A DNA stretch of 64,000 bases, from positions 1,970-65,969 of the IMG/VR virus record IMGVR_UViG_2695420938_000010; one strand, written 5' to 3'. The notes beneath the pieces are model-generated. The model was not told the origin of the DNA, made no database searches, and saw only the letters and a program-made list of their open reading frames with translations. Each line of letters begins with the position of its first letter. Position 1 is the first letter of the stretch. Both the position numbers and the translations under genes were made by a program. Source of the stretch: a virus. Shown here piece by piece: positions 53,898 to 63,005 of this stretch.

Positions 53898-55698
53898 CAT
53901 CGACCTCGCCTGGCGGCGCGGCATCCGCCCCGAACCGCCGGTCCCTGTCTCGGACTGGGCCGACCGGCACCGCATCCTGCCTCCGACCTCGGCCGAGCCT
54001 GGCCGCTGGCGCACGGACCGCACGCCCTATCTGCGCGAGGTGATGGACGCACTCTCGACCGCCAGCCCCTACGAGCGCGTCGTGCTGATGAAGGGCGCGC
54101 AGACCGGCGGTTCGGAGGCCGGACTGAACTGGCTCGGCTACATCATCCAGAACGCGCCCGGCATCGCCATGCTGGTCATGCCGTCGCTCGACATGGTGCG
54201 CCGGAACACCACCGTCCGCATCGACCCGCTGATCGAGGCCACGCCCGCGCTGCGTGATCTGGTCGCCTCGCCCCGCTCCCGCGACGCCGGGAACAGCCTG
54301 TTCCGCAAGTCCTTCCCCGGCGGCCAGCTGGTGATGACCGGCGCCAACTCGGCCGTCGGCCTGCGCTCGACACCGGTGCGTTATCTCTTTCTCGATGAGG
54401 TGGACGGCTATCCCGGCGACGCCGACGGCGAGGGCGATCCCGTCGATCTAGCCATCCAGCGCACCGCGACCTTCCGCGGGCGGCGCAAGATCTACATGGT
54501 CTCCACGCCCACGCTGAAGGGCCACTCCCGCATCGAGGCGGCCTTCGAGCAGAGCGACCGGCGCTTGTACCACGTCCCCTGCCTGCATTGCGGCGACATG
54601 GCCCCGATCACCTGGGCGCGCATCCGCTGGCCCGAGGGGCGGCGCGACCAGGCGCATCTGGTCTGCGAGGCCTGCGGTGGCATCCATCACGAGCACGAGA
54701 AGCCCCGCCTGCTGGCTGCGGGTGAATGGCGCGCGACCGCCGAGGGCGACGGCCGCACTACAGGCTTCCACCTCTCCGCGCTCTATTCCCCGTGGGAGAC
54801 CTGGGCCGAGATCGCCGCCGAACACGGCCGCGTTCGCAAGGATCCCGCCCGCCTTCAGGTCTGGGTCAACACCAAGCTGGGCGAGTCTTGGGAGGACCAG
54901 GCGGGCGACACCGTTCCGGCCGACCCGCTGATGGCCCGCCGCGAGGACTGGGGCGAGGCTCTGCCCGCCTCCGTCGCCGTGCTGACTGCCGGCGTCGATG
55001 TGCAGGGCGACCGGATCGAGGTGCAGATCCTCGGCTGGGGCCGCGACGAGGAGGCTTGGGTGATCGACTACCGCGTGCTCTGGGGCGACCCGTCAGGCCC
55101 GCGCCTCTGGGCCGACCTCGACATGGTGCTGCAGGCGACGTTCCCGCATCCCGCGGGGCTCGACCTGCCGGTGCGCGCCGCCGCCATCGACACCGGCGGC
55201 CACCACACCAAGATGGCCTACGAGTTCTGCCGCACCCGCCTCGCGCGCCGCATCTGGGCGATCAAGGGCCGCGGCGGACCCGGGATCCCCGTCTGGCCGC
55301 GCCGCCCGACGCGCACGAACAAGGGCAAGATCCCGCTCTTTATCGTCGGCGTGGACGCGGTGAAGGACTCCGTCTACGCCCGCCTGCGCCTCACCGAGCC
55401 CGGCCCCGGCGCGATCCACTTCCCCCGTCGCCTCGACGCCGACTATTTCCGCCAGCTGACCGCCGAGCGCGTCGTCACCCGCTTCGAGCGCGGCCGCCCT
55501 ATCCGCTCCTGGCAACCCAAGCGCGACGGCGAGCGCAACGAGGCCCTCGACACCTTCGTCTACGCCCACGCCGCCCTGCACGGGCTCATCAGCATGGGCC
55601 TCAGGCTGAACGAGGAGGTGGAAGGGGTTGCGGTCACGCCGACGCCGACGGATGCGGCGGCTGCGGGGGTGATCCGGTCGGCGTGGCTACGGCGCTGA
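53881..55698 (+). CDS. terL: Terminase large subunit, lambda gpA family
   Basis: VVLMKGAQTGGSE, RYLFLDEVDGYP, VSTPT, YHVPCLHCG, RNEALDTFVYA. Confidence 0.95.
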   Translation: MAMVPDIDLAWRRGIRPEPPVPVSDWADRHRILPPTSAEPGRWRTDRTPYLREVMDALSTASPYERVVLMKGAQTGGSEAGLNWLGYIIQNAPGIAMLVMPSLDMVRRNTTVRIDPLIEATPALRDLVASPRSRDAGNSLFRKSFPGGQLVMTGANSAVGLRSTPVRYLFLDEVDGYPGDADGEGDPVDLAIQRTATFRGRRKIYMVSTPTLKGHSRIEAAFEQSDRRLYHVPCLHCGDMAPITWARIRWPEGRRDQAHLVCEACGGIHHEHEKPRLLAAGEWRATAEGDGRTTGFHLSALYSPWETWAEIAAEHGRVRKDPARLQVWVNTKLGESWEDQAGDTVPADPLMARREDWGEALPASVAVLTAGVDVQGDRIEVQILGWGRDEEAWVIDYRVLWGDPSGPRLWADLDMVLQATFPHPAGLDLPVRAAAIDTGGHHTKMAYEFCRTRLARRIWAIKGRGGPGIPVWPRRPTRTNKGKIPLFIVGVDAVKDSVYARLRLTEPGPGAIHFPRRLDADYFRQLTAERVVTRFERGRPIRSWQPKRDGERNEALDTFVYAHAALHGLISMGLRLNEEVEGVAVTPTPTDAAAAGVIRSAWLRR

Positions 55699-55734
55699 CC
55701 CACCTCTGCGTTAGCCAGCGAACTCCACCACCAA

Positions 55735-56982
55735 CTATCGCTTCGAGCCGAACCACCTGTAGTGGTAATTCACGCAAACATCGTCGAGCGAATGGGTCAG
55801 GGTGATTTTTTGCCCATTCAACGGATCACCCATCGCCTTTGATCGGATTACGTAGTCTCCCCCAACCTTTTTAATTCTCAGGATTCCACGGTCAAATTGC
55901 AGATGATGATTGGGGCACAGAACTAGCATATTACTTGCCTTATCGGGGCCACTATGCGGCTCACCCAGGCCCTTGATATGGGCGGCCTCCGAGTAATACC
56001 GATCCTCAGAAATTTGAAGTTTAGTTCCACAAAATTGGCATGTATTGTCATAATGCTGCTTTAGAGCCGCGGCCTTTTTTCGATTTCGCTTCTGCTCCTG
56101 CCGTTCGACGGTCCGCCGCTCGACGACCTCATCTGACTCCTCTTGCTCTAGCCACTCGAGGCCTTCCTCCTCCGGGATCTCAGGTGCTGGCTTCGGCGGC
56201 GGCGGGGTTGTCGGCGTAAGAGCAGTCTTTGCCTCACGGAAGCGTTCGATGCCGCCGACGGAGCCGTAGAGATCTGCCAGGTCACCCGCCTGAGCCAAGG
56301 CAAACCCTCGGGTTACCCCCAAGAGCTTGTAAAGCTCGTCCGAGTCTATGAGGTCAACGAGGCTCGCTCTGTCAGAAGGTCCACCGTCAAGGATGTGTCG
56401 ATCCCAGGCCAGAAACAGTGCAGAGGCTATCCACTGCTCGGCCTGAGCGTTAATCACTGGCAGTGACGTCGGCCAAAACTCGCATAATTCATAGAGATGG
56501 CGGTAGTTGTTGCGGCACTTCACTCGCACGTCCAACTGGGCGTCCATCCGGTCCGTGATGAAGGGGTCGAGAGAGGCGTCGGATAGCGCGGAGGAGCGCC
56601 AAACGCCAGACTGCCACAATCGCTCCCGGACGAACTCATTGGCCCACATGGCCGGACGACTCACAACCCTCTGACCGGTTCCTACCCGGTTGAGGTGCAG
56701 CGCAAAGAGGGCAAGTCTATCGAACCGAATTGAGTGGGGTCGCTCGATCGCTTGGAAGACCAACTCGTCGACTGACATGCGGCCCGCTTTGTTGTGCAGA
56801 AAAAAGTTGACCGGAATGAGGCTTAGTGAGGCGTCCAGCCCAGAGTCTTCACGAAACCGGTCGCGCGGAACAGTGGCCAGCGTGTCCTGAAACCCGGCAC
56901 GTATGACGATGTGAAGCTTGCGCAGCCCGGTTCCATGCCACGCAAAGTTCTTCGAGAAGCTGCCCGGAGCGTGCTTCACCAT
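55735..56982 (-). CDS. HNH endonuclease with a ~290-aa uncharacterised N-terminal region
   Basis: C-terminal CQFCG...EAAHIK...DKASNMLVLCPNHHLQFDRG, the HNH_2 / McrA-type Zn-HNH pattern. Confidence 0.88.
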   Translation of the reverse strand: MVKHAPGSFSKNFAWHGTGLRKLHIVIRAGFQDTLATVPRDRFREDSGLDASLSLIPVNFFLHNKAGRMSVDELVFQAIERPHSIRFDRLALFALHLNRVGTGQRVVSRPAMWANEFVRERLWQSGVWRSSALSDASLDPFITDRMDAQLDVRVKCRNNYRHLYELCEFWPTSLPVINAQAEQWIASALFLAWDRHILDGGPSDRASLVDLIDSDELYKLLGVTRGFALAQAGDLADLYGSVGGIERFREAKTALTPTTPPPPKPAPEIPEEEGLEWLEQEESDEVVERRTVERQEQKRNRKKAAALKQHYDNTCQFCGTKLQISEDRYYSEAAHIKGLGEPHSGPDKASNMLVLCPNHHLQFDRGILRIKKVGGDYVIRSKAMGDPLNGQKITLTHSLDDVCVNYHYRWFGSKR

Positions 56983-57033
56983 CTATATCTTGCCTCAGAG
57001 ATGCTTAACCTTTAGCACATATAGAAACGGAAA

Positions 57034-57684
57034 ATGAGCAGGGGCACAATGGTCAATCCTTCCCAAGAACTTCTCGCAACAGCGAACGGGCGCAAATTCC
57101 AGACCATCCTGGCTGACCCGCCGTGGCGGTTCACAAACCGGACTGGCAAGATGGCACCGGAGCATCGACGGCTGTCGAGGTACGGGACCATGAGTCTGCC
57201 AGAGATCAAGGCTCTGCCCGTTGCTGAGATAGTTCAGGAACCGGCTCACCTCTATCTCTGGGTGCCGAATGCGCTGCTTCCAGAAGGCATCGAAGTACTC
57301 CGCGCATGGGGCTTCGAATACAAGTCGAACATTGTCTGGCACAAGATTCGAAAGGACGGCGGATCAGATGGCCGAGGAGTGGGCTTCTACTTTCGAAATG
57401 TCACGGAGCTTGTGCTGTTTGGGGTGCGGGGAAAAAACGCGCGAACACTAGCCCCCGGACGGAGGCAGGTGAATCTCATTGCGTCCCAGAAGCGCGAGCA
57501 TAGCCGGAAGCCGGATGAACTCTACGACGTGATCGAGGCATGCAGTCGAGGACCTTTTCTTGAGATGTTCGCACGTGACACTCGAAAAGGTTGGACGGGC
57601 TGGGGCAATCAAGCCGAGAATTACGAGATCACTTGGGACACGTACGCACACCATAGCCGTGTGACTGCAAGTGCGGCTGAGTGA
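57034..57684 (+). CDS. MT-A70 family N6-adenine methyltransferase
   Basis: TILADPPW, HLYLWVPN, WGFEYKS, HSRKP, LEMFAR. Confidence 0.92.
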   Translation: MSRGTMVNPSQELLATANGRKFQTILADPPWRFTNRTGKMAPEHRRLSRYGTMSLPEIKALPVAEIVQEPAHLYLWVPNALLPEGIEVLRAWGFEYKSNIVWHKIRKDGGSDGRGVGFYFRNVTELVLFGVRGKNARTLAPGRRQVNLIASQKREHSRKPDELYDVIEACSRGPFLEMFARDTRKGWTGWGNQAENYEITWDTYAHHSRVTASAAE

Positions 57685-57753
57685 ACTTGCCGATAGGCGC
57701 CCTCGAAGGCGTCGCTTCAATTGGCCATCCGACATCGCGATGATCGAACAGGG

Positions 57754-57780
57754 GCAGCGACCCGACGTCCGGGTCGCTGC
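57754..57780. terminator. Hairpin between the convergent MT-A70 and AIPR genes
   Basis: gcagcgacccg-acgtc-cgggtcgctgc, a perfect 11-bp stem followed by a T-rich run. Confidence 0.7.
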
Positions 57781-57793
57781 GTAGCGGTTTTTC

Positions 57794-58990
57794 TTACGCT
57801 GACTGAGACTTCATGACCGAAGCAATGGTGTCGGTGTAGATGCTGAGCGCATCGTATGCAGCTTCGCTACGGCCCATGTAGGCGACCTGCCGGTCCAAGG
57901 CACGATACTGCTTCACTGCACGGTCGATCATCTGGTCAGCATCGAAAAGGCTGGGCTTCTCAATGGTCCACTTCCCGTCCTTCTGTACGACGAAAGCCGA
58001 CAGCGCAGACATGATCGGGAAGAGCAGACCAGGCGCGACCCAGATGATCTTGCCGTCAGGGCCACGCCGAACGGGGCGCCCACCCTTGGGTGCGCCGCCG
58101 TTGGGGCTCTTGCTCTTCTCGTGCAGATGATGACCGTTCCAGGCGGGATGCGTCTCCCAGTTGCGGTACTCCTTGATCGCCGCCACAGCGATCTGAACTG
58201 TGAAGTCATACCGCTTCTTCGCTTCGGGATCAGTCTTGCGCGACTGCGCCCATTCCCCGAATTCCTTCAAGCACTTACCCGCCTGCTTGTAGGGCATGTT
58301 GTGAGCTTTCGTGCCCGACGCCTCGAGCTCTGCCGGCATCAGTGTCCGGCACCACTGCAGAACCGCCTGCGCGGACAGTCCCTCTGTGTCGGTCTCGTTC
58401 ATCTGAAGAGTCTCACCTGGCAACCCGGCTTCGATTGCCGCGCGGAGATCGTCAAGATAACCGCGCGCACCGGCCTGAGAAACGCTCTTCACCGACGTGG
58501 CCGTGTTGCGGGCGATAGCAACTTCCACGATCTGCTCGTGCTGAGGCTCCATGATGATCTCGGCGCGGACCGGGAAGTCGGTGTTATCGTCGTCTTCGAG
58601 ACTGGCGAAATACCGCTTCAGTTCACCTTGGGTCTGCGCGCCATTGATGATGCTGGCGTTCGTCAGATGCGCCATCCGCTTCGAGTCGTCGATCTTGCAG
58701 TCGGTGCAGGTGATCGTCACACCGGAATTCCGGTTGATGAACCGATCCGGCTGCTCAAGGATCGTAGCCTCAATTTCCTTGTGGACGGCGTTGCGTTTCG
58801 AGTCCTTGTGCTCGGCGATGTAGGTCCGCAGGTTGTCCTGCGTACCAAGCTTGGTCACCTCGCGGGCGCTGACGTTCGCGAACCAAGTCTGAACGCCATT
58901 GGCCTTTTCCTCGGGGGAGGTCAGGTTCTTGATCGAATTGTAATGGAGGGTAAAAGTCGTCGACCCCGCCGACGGGTTGTCGTAAGCCAT
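57794..58990 (-). CDS. AIPR-family protein (abortive infection phage resistance)
   Basis: DNLRTYI, FINRNSGVTI, SIINGAQT, AIARNT. Confidence 0.85.
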   Translation of the reverse strand: MAYDNPSAGSTTFTLHYNSIKNLTSPEEKANGVQTWFANVSAREVTKLGTQDNLRTYIAEHKDSKRNAVHKEIEATILEQPDRFINRNSGVTITCTDCKIDDSKRMAHLTNASIINGAQTQGELKRYFASLEDDDNTDFPVRAEIIMEPQHEQIVEVAIARNTATSVKSVSQAGARGYLDDLRAAIEAGLPGETLQMNETDTEGLSAQAVLQWCRTLMPAELEASGTKAHNMPYKQAGKCLKEFGEWAQSRKTDPEAKKRYDFTVQIAVAAIKEYRNWETHPAWNGHHLHEKSKSPNGGAPKGGRPVRRGPDGKIIWVAPGLLFPIMSALSAFVVQKDGKWTIEKPSLFDADQMIDRAVKQYRALDRQVAYMGRSEAAYDALSIYTDTIASVMKSQSA

Positions 58991-59222
58991 GTTGGCTCTC
59001 CTTCAGTTTCATATGCCCCGCGGATCCCGTCGATGCACGACTGCGCATGACGCTCACGAAAGCAAGGGAAAGATAGGCTGAACCATTTCGCTGCACAAGC
59101 CCCACAAGCAACTTTCGTTCACCGCACACTATCTGCGAGGCTAGGCGTTCGCGAGAGAAGCCGCATTGATTCCCAAACATTCCCAATAGCTTGAGGGAGC
59201 GTTTCGGGCGATTCTGCCGCCC

Positions 59223-60635
59223 ATGCGGACCTTCCTCCATCGCCTTCTCGGCCTCGCGCGCGCTCGCGGCTTCGACGCTGCGGGTGGCGGGCGACGTTGG
59301 GAGGGGGCGCGGACGGTTGACGGGCTGAACGCGGCGATCCTGGCAGGCGCGACCACGGCGGCGCGGCGGGCCGGGTGGTATGCGCGGAACAACCCGTGGG
59401 TCGCGGCGGCGGTGGACAGCCTCGTCGGCAATGTCGTCGGCGCCGGGATCAAGCCGCAGTCCACCCATTCCGACCGGGCGGTGCGCGAGCGGCTGCAGGC
59501 GCTCTGGCTGCGCTGGACCGATCACGCCGCCCCGGACGGTCTGGCGGATTTCTACGGGCTGCAGGCCATGGCGGTGCGCGCGATGGTCGAGAGCGGCGAG
59601 AGCTTCGCCCGGCTGCGCGTGGCGAGCGACGCCGCCACCATTCCCCTCCACCTCGAGCTTCTGGATCGCGACCAGGTTCCCATGGACCTGCACCGCGAGA
59701 TCGGCGGCGGGGCGCGGATCAGGGCGGGCATCGAGTTCGATGCCGCCGGTCGCCGGGTCGCCTATCGGGTATTGTCCTCCCGCCCGGGCGACCCTCTCGG
59801 GGCTCTCCACACAGACCCGCTCCGCGTCCCCGCCGCCGATTGTCTGCACCTTTTCAAGCCCCTCGCCGCGGGCCAGTTGCGCGGGATCACCTGGCTCGCG
59901 CCGGTCCTGCTGCGGCTGCACGAGCTCGACCAGTTCGAGGACGCCGCGCTGGTGAAGGCCAAGGTCGCGGCGCTGTTCACCGGCTTCATCACCGATCCCG
60001 ACGGCACCGCGGGCGGGCTCTCGGGCACCAACACCGGCGGCGCGCTGACCGTGGGCATGGAGCCGGGCAGCCTGATCCCGCTGCCGCCCGGCACGGACAT
60101 CCGCTTTTCCAACCCGACCGAGCATGACGCCTACGCGCCCTTCGTGAAGAACCACCTGCGCGCCATCGCCTCCGGGCTGGGCCTGCCCTACGAGCTGGTA
60201 TCGGGTGACCTGGAGGGCGTCACCTATTCCTCGATCCGCGCCGGGCTGATCGAGTTCAGGCGCCGCGTCGAGCAGCTTCAGCACAACGTGGTCGTCCACC
60301 AGTTCTGCCGCCCGGTCTGGGAGCGGTTCGTGCGGCTGGCGGTGCTGACCGGCGAGCTGCCTGCGCGGGACTTCGACCGGAACCCGGACGCCTATCTCGG
60401 CTGCGAATGGCTGCCGCCGAAGTTCGACTACGTCGATCCGATGAAGGACGTGCAGGCCGAGATCATGGCGATCGGCGCGGGGCTCAAGAGCCGGTCCCAG
60501 GCGATCTCCGAGCGCGGCTATGACGCCGAGCAGGTGGATGCCGAGATCGCCGCGGACCGCGAGCGCGCGGAGGGGCTGGGGCTTGCCTTCGGTCAGACGG
60601 CGTCGCCACAGCAGAAGGAGGCCGCCGATGGCTGA
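59223..60635 (+). CDS. Portal protein, lambda family
   Basis: ARNNPW, DFYGLQA, GQLRGITW, ELVSGDLEGVTYSSIRAGLIEFRR, PKFDYVDPMKD. Confidence 0.93.
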   Translation: MRTFLHRLLGLARARGFDAAGGGRRWEGARTVDGLNAAILAGATTAARRAGWYARNNPWVAAAVDSLVGNVVGAGIKPQSTHSDRAVRERLQALWLRWTDHAAPDGLADFYGLQAMAVRAMVESGESFARLRVASDAATIPLHLELLDRDQVPMDLHREIGGGARIRAGIEFDAAGRRVAYRVLSSRPGDPLGALHTDPLRVPAADCLHLFKPLAAGQLRGITWLAPVLLRLHELDQFEDAALVKAKVAALFTGFITDPDGTAGGLSGTNTGGALTVGMEPGSLIPLPPGTDIRFSNPTEHDAYAPFVKNHLRAIASGLGLPYELVSGDLEGVTYSSIRAGLIEFRRRVEQLQHNVVVHQFCRPVWERFVRLAVLTGELPARDFDRNPDAYLGCEWLPPKFDYVDPMKDVQAEIMAIGAGLKSRSQAISERGYDAEQVDAEIAADRERAEGLGLAFGQTASPQQKEAADG

Positions 60636-62439
60636 CACGATGGAACTGCTCACCCGCCGCGCCACGCTGGCGCCCGCCACGGCCGATCCCGAGGCCCGCA
60701 CCGTCGAGGTGGTCTGGTCCACCGGCGCGCCCGTGCGCCGCCGCGACATGGCGGGTCCATACATCGAGCGGCTCAGCCTTGCACCCGATGCCGTGGACCT
60801 CTCACGCCTGGAAGGCGCCAGCGTGCTGGACGCACATCGCCAGACCGCCGTCCGCGACGTGCTGGGTTCCGTTCGTAGCGCCGCCGTGGACGGCAAGCGC
60901 GGCACGGCGCTCATCCAGTTCTCGGCCCGGCCCGAGGTGGAGCCGGTCTGGCAGGACGTGCTGGCGGGCATCCTGCGGCACGTCTCGGTCGGCTACTCGG
61001 TCGAGACGTGGACCGAGACCACCGAGAACGGCGCGCGCGTGCTGACGGCCGTGCGCTGGACGCCCCACGAGATTTCTCTAGTGCCGACGCCCGCCGACCC
61101 CGGCGCCCACATTCGCATGGAGACAGAGATGACCGACAAGACCACCCGAGAGGCTGCCGACACGGCGCCGATCACCGAGTCCCGCGCCGAGGCGAATGCC
61201 GAAATCCGCTCCATTGCCCGCATCGCCGGGCTGGACCAGTCGTGGATCGACGGCCAGATCGACGGCGGCGCCGATCCCGACACCGCCCGCCGCGCCGCCT
61301 TCGAGGCGCTGGCGAAGCGGTCCGCGCCCGCGATCCGCACAGAGCAGGTCCGCGTCGAGATGGGCGAGAGCCAGGACGATCCCGCCCTGCGCGCCCGGCA
61401 GATGGGCGAAGCCCTCTACGCCCGGATCAACCCGCGCCATGAGCTTTCCGAGCCTGCCCGGCGTTACGCCTATGCGACCCCGGTGGACATGGCGAAGGAA
61501 CTGCTGACGCTCCGCGGCGAGACCACCATGGCGCTGTCGCCCGCGAGCCTCGTGACCCGCGCGCTGCACACCACCTCCGATTTCCCGATCATCCTCGGGG
61601 ACACGGTGGGCCGGGTGCTCCGCGACGCCTACCAGGCCGCCCCGTCGGGTATCCGCCGCCTCGGCCGACAGACCACGGCGCGGGACTTCCGGGCGGTGAA
61701 CAAGATCATGCTGGGCGAGGCGCCGCTGCTGGAGAAGCTGAACGAGCACGGCGAGATCAAGGCCGGCACGATGGCCGAGGCGCGCGAGGCATACAAGGTC
61801 GAGACCTGGGCGCGGAAGATCGGCATCACCCGACAGTTACTGGTCAACGACGACCTCGGCGCCTTCGCGGATCTCGCCCGCCGCATGGGCCAGGCCGCGG
61901 CAGAGACCGAAGCGCGCATCCTCGTGACCCTCCTGGAAGCGGGGAGCGGCAACGGCCCGACCATGTCGGACGGCAAGACCCTGTTCCACGCCGATCACGG
62001 CAACAAGGCGGGCACCGGCGCGGCGATCTCCGACGCGACGCTGTCGGCCGCCCGGTTGGCGCTCCGCACCCAGAAGGGCATCGAGGACCGCACGATCCGC
62101 GTGACGCCGAAAAACCTGCTGGTGCCTCCCGCGCTCGAGACCACCGCCGAGAAATGGCTGGCGAGCATCGCACCCGCGACGGCGGCCGATGTGAACCCGT
62201 TCTCGGGTTCGCTGTCGCTGGTGGTGGAGCCGCGCCTGTCCTCAGCCACCCGCTGGTATGTCACCGCAGACCCCGGCGAGATCGACGGGCTGGAGTTCGC
62301 TTATCTCTCCGGCGCGGAGGGCCCGCAGGTGGAAAGCCGCTCGGGCTGGGACGTGGACGGGGTCGAGATCCGGGTGATCCTCGATTTCGGAGCCGGGTTC
62401 ATCGACCATCGGGGCTGGTTCATGAACGCAGGCGCGTGA
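60628..62439 (+). CDS. Prohead protease-major capsid fusion (603 aa)
   Basis: RTVEVVWSTGA, VLDAH, VSVGYSV, WTPHEISLVPTPAD; TTSDFP, ITRQLLVNDDL, DFGAGFIDHRG; RBS aaggag. Confidence 0.92.
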   Translation: MADTMELLTRRATLAPATADPEARTVEVVWSTGAPVRRRDMAGPYIERLSLAPDAVDLSRLEGASVLDAHRQTAVRDVLGSVRSAAVDGKRGTALIQFSARPEVEPVWQDVLAGILRHVSVGYSVETWTETTENGARVLTAVRWTPHEISLVPTPADPGAHIRMETEMTDKTTREAADTAPITESRAEANAEIRSIARIAGLDQSWIDGQIDGGADPDTARRAAFEALAKRSAPAIRTEQVRVEMGESQDDPALRARQMGEALYARINPRHELSEPARRYAYATPVDMAKELLTLRGETTMALSPASLVTRALHTTSDFPIILGDTVGRVLRDAYQAAPSGIRRLGRQTTARDFRAVNKIMLGEAPLLEKLNEHGEIKAGTMAEAREAYKVETWARKIGITRQLLVNDDLGAFADLARRMGQAAAETEARILVTLLEAGSGNGPTMSDGKTLFHADHGNKAGTGAAISDATLSAARLALRTQKGIEDRTIRVTPKNLLVPPALETTAEKWLASIAPATAADVNPFSGSLSLVVEPRLSSATRWYVTADPGEIDGLEFAYLSGAEGPQVESRSGWDVDGVEIRVILDFGAGFIDHRGWFMNAGA

Positions 62440-62648
62440 TGGCCGACCTCGCCCAGCTCACCGCCTGGCGCGACGCCCTGATGGCCGCGCGCTACCAGGG
62501 CGTCCGCACCGTCGAATACGACGGCAAGCGCATCACCTACGCAAGCGACGGCGAAATGGCCGCCGCGCTCGCGGATCTCAACCGGCAGATCGCCGGGGCG
62601 ACCGAGCGCATCTCGGTCGTCCGCATCCAATCCTCGAAAGGGCTCTGA
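62439..62648 (+). CDS. gpW-like head-completion protein
   Basis: ARYQGVRTVEYDGKRITY, similar to SGTTRVSYDGKTVDY at 19691-19894; TGATG coupling. Confidence 0.8.
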   Translation: MADLAQLTAWRDALMAARYQGVRTVEYDGKRITYASDGEMAAALADLNRQIAGATERISVVRIQSSKGL

Positions 62649-62649
62649 G

Positions 62650-62994
62650 ATGAAGAACTACCTCCAGAACGGCCACATCGTCCGCGTCACGACGCCAGCG
62701 GGCGGTATCGCCTCGGGCGACGCGCTGATCGTCGGCAGCATCTTCGGCGTCGCCGCCTGGTCCGCGGCCGAGGGCGACCCGGTCGAGCTCGCCACCACCG
62801 GAGTGTTCCAGCTGCCGAAAGCCAGCGCCGCAGTGCTGACCGTTGGCGCGCGTGTGGCGTGGGACAACACGGCCAAGGAGGTGGCCACTCCGGCGGCCGG
62901 ACGCTTCCCCATCGGCGTGGCTGTCGAGGCGGCTGGGAACGGCATCACCAGCGTCGCCGTACGGCTGGATGGGATCGCGACGGCGGCTGCATAA
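62650..62994 (+). CDS. DUF2190 capsid decoration protein
   Basis: MKNYLQNG...IASGDALIVGSIFGVA...TGVFQLPK...VAWDN...IGVAVEAA; paralog of 15691-16026. Confidence 0.88.
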   Translation: MKNYLQNGHIVRVTTPAGGIASGDALIVGSIFGVAAWSAAEGDPVELATTGVFQLPKASAAVLTVGARVAWDNTAKEVATPAAGRFPIGVAVEAAGNGITSVAVRLDGIATAAA

Positions 62995-63005
62995 GAATCG
63001 CTCAA

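Larger units (their letters stand above)
47335..62994 (+). mobile_element. Element 2: integrative, tail-less, capsid-encoding phage satellite or defective prophage (right boundary beyond the window)
   Basis: att, int, regulators, primase, ori, cos-like site, terS, terL, cargo, portal, protease-capsid, gpW, DUF2190, then an unrelated convergent gene. Confidence 0.8.

Noticed and set aside
56995-57342. 115-aa minus-strand ORF upstream of the HNH gene
   Set aside because: It lies almost wholly antisense to the well-supported MT-A70 gene and has no recognisable motif.
57685-57793. A BglII/BstYI-like restriction endonuclease gene following MT-A70
   Set aside because: Only about 110 bp with a terminator separate MT-A70 from the convergent AIPR gene; there is no room for such an ORF.
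58770-60971. 733-aa minus-strand ORF, and similar 48456-49760 and 50865-52385
   Set aside because: Antisense shadows of portal/capsid, integrase and primase genes; low-complexity Arg/Ala/Gly composition.
47382-62994. Element 2 as a recent duplication of prophage 1 head genes
   Set aside because: The paralogs are clearly diverged in protein sequence and length (capsid fusion 603 vs 687 aa), gpW is in a different position, and the primase and integrase modules are unrelated.
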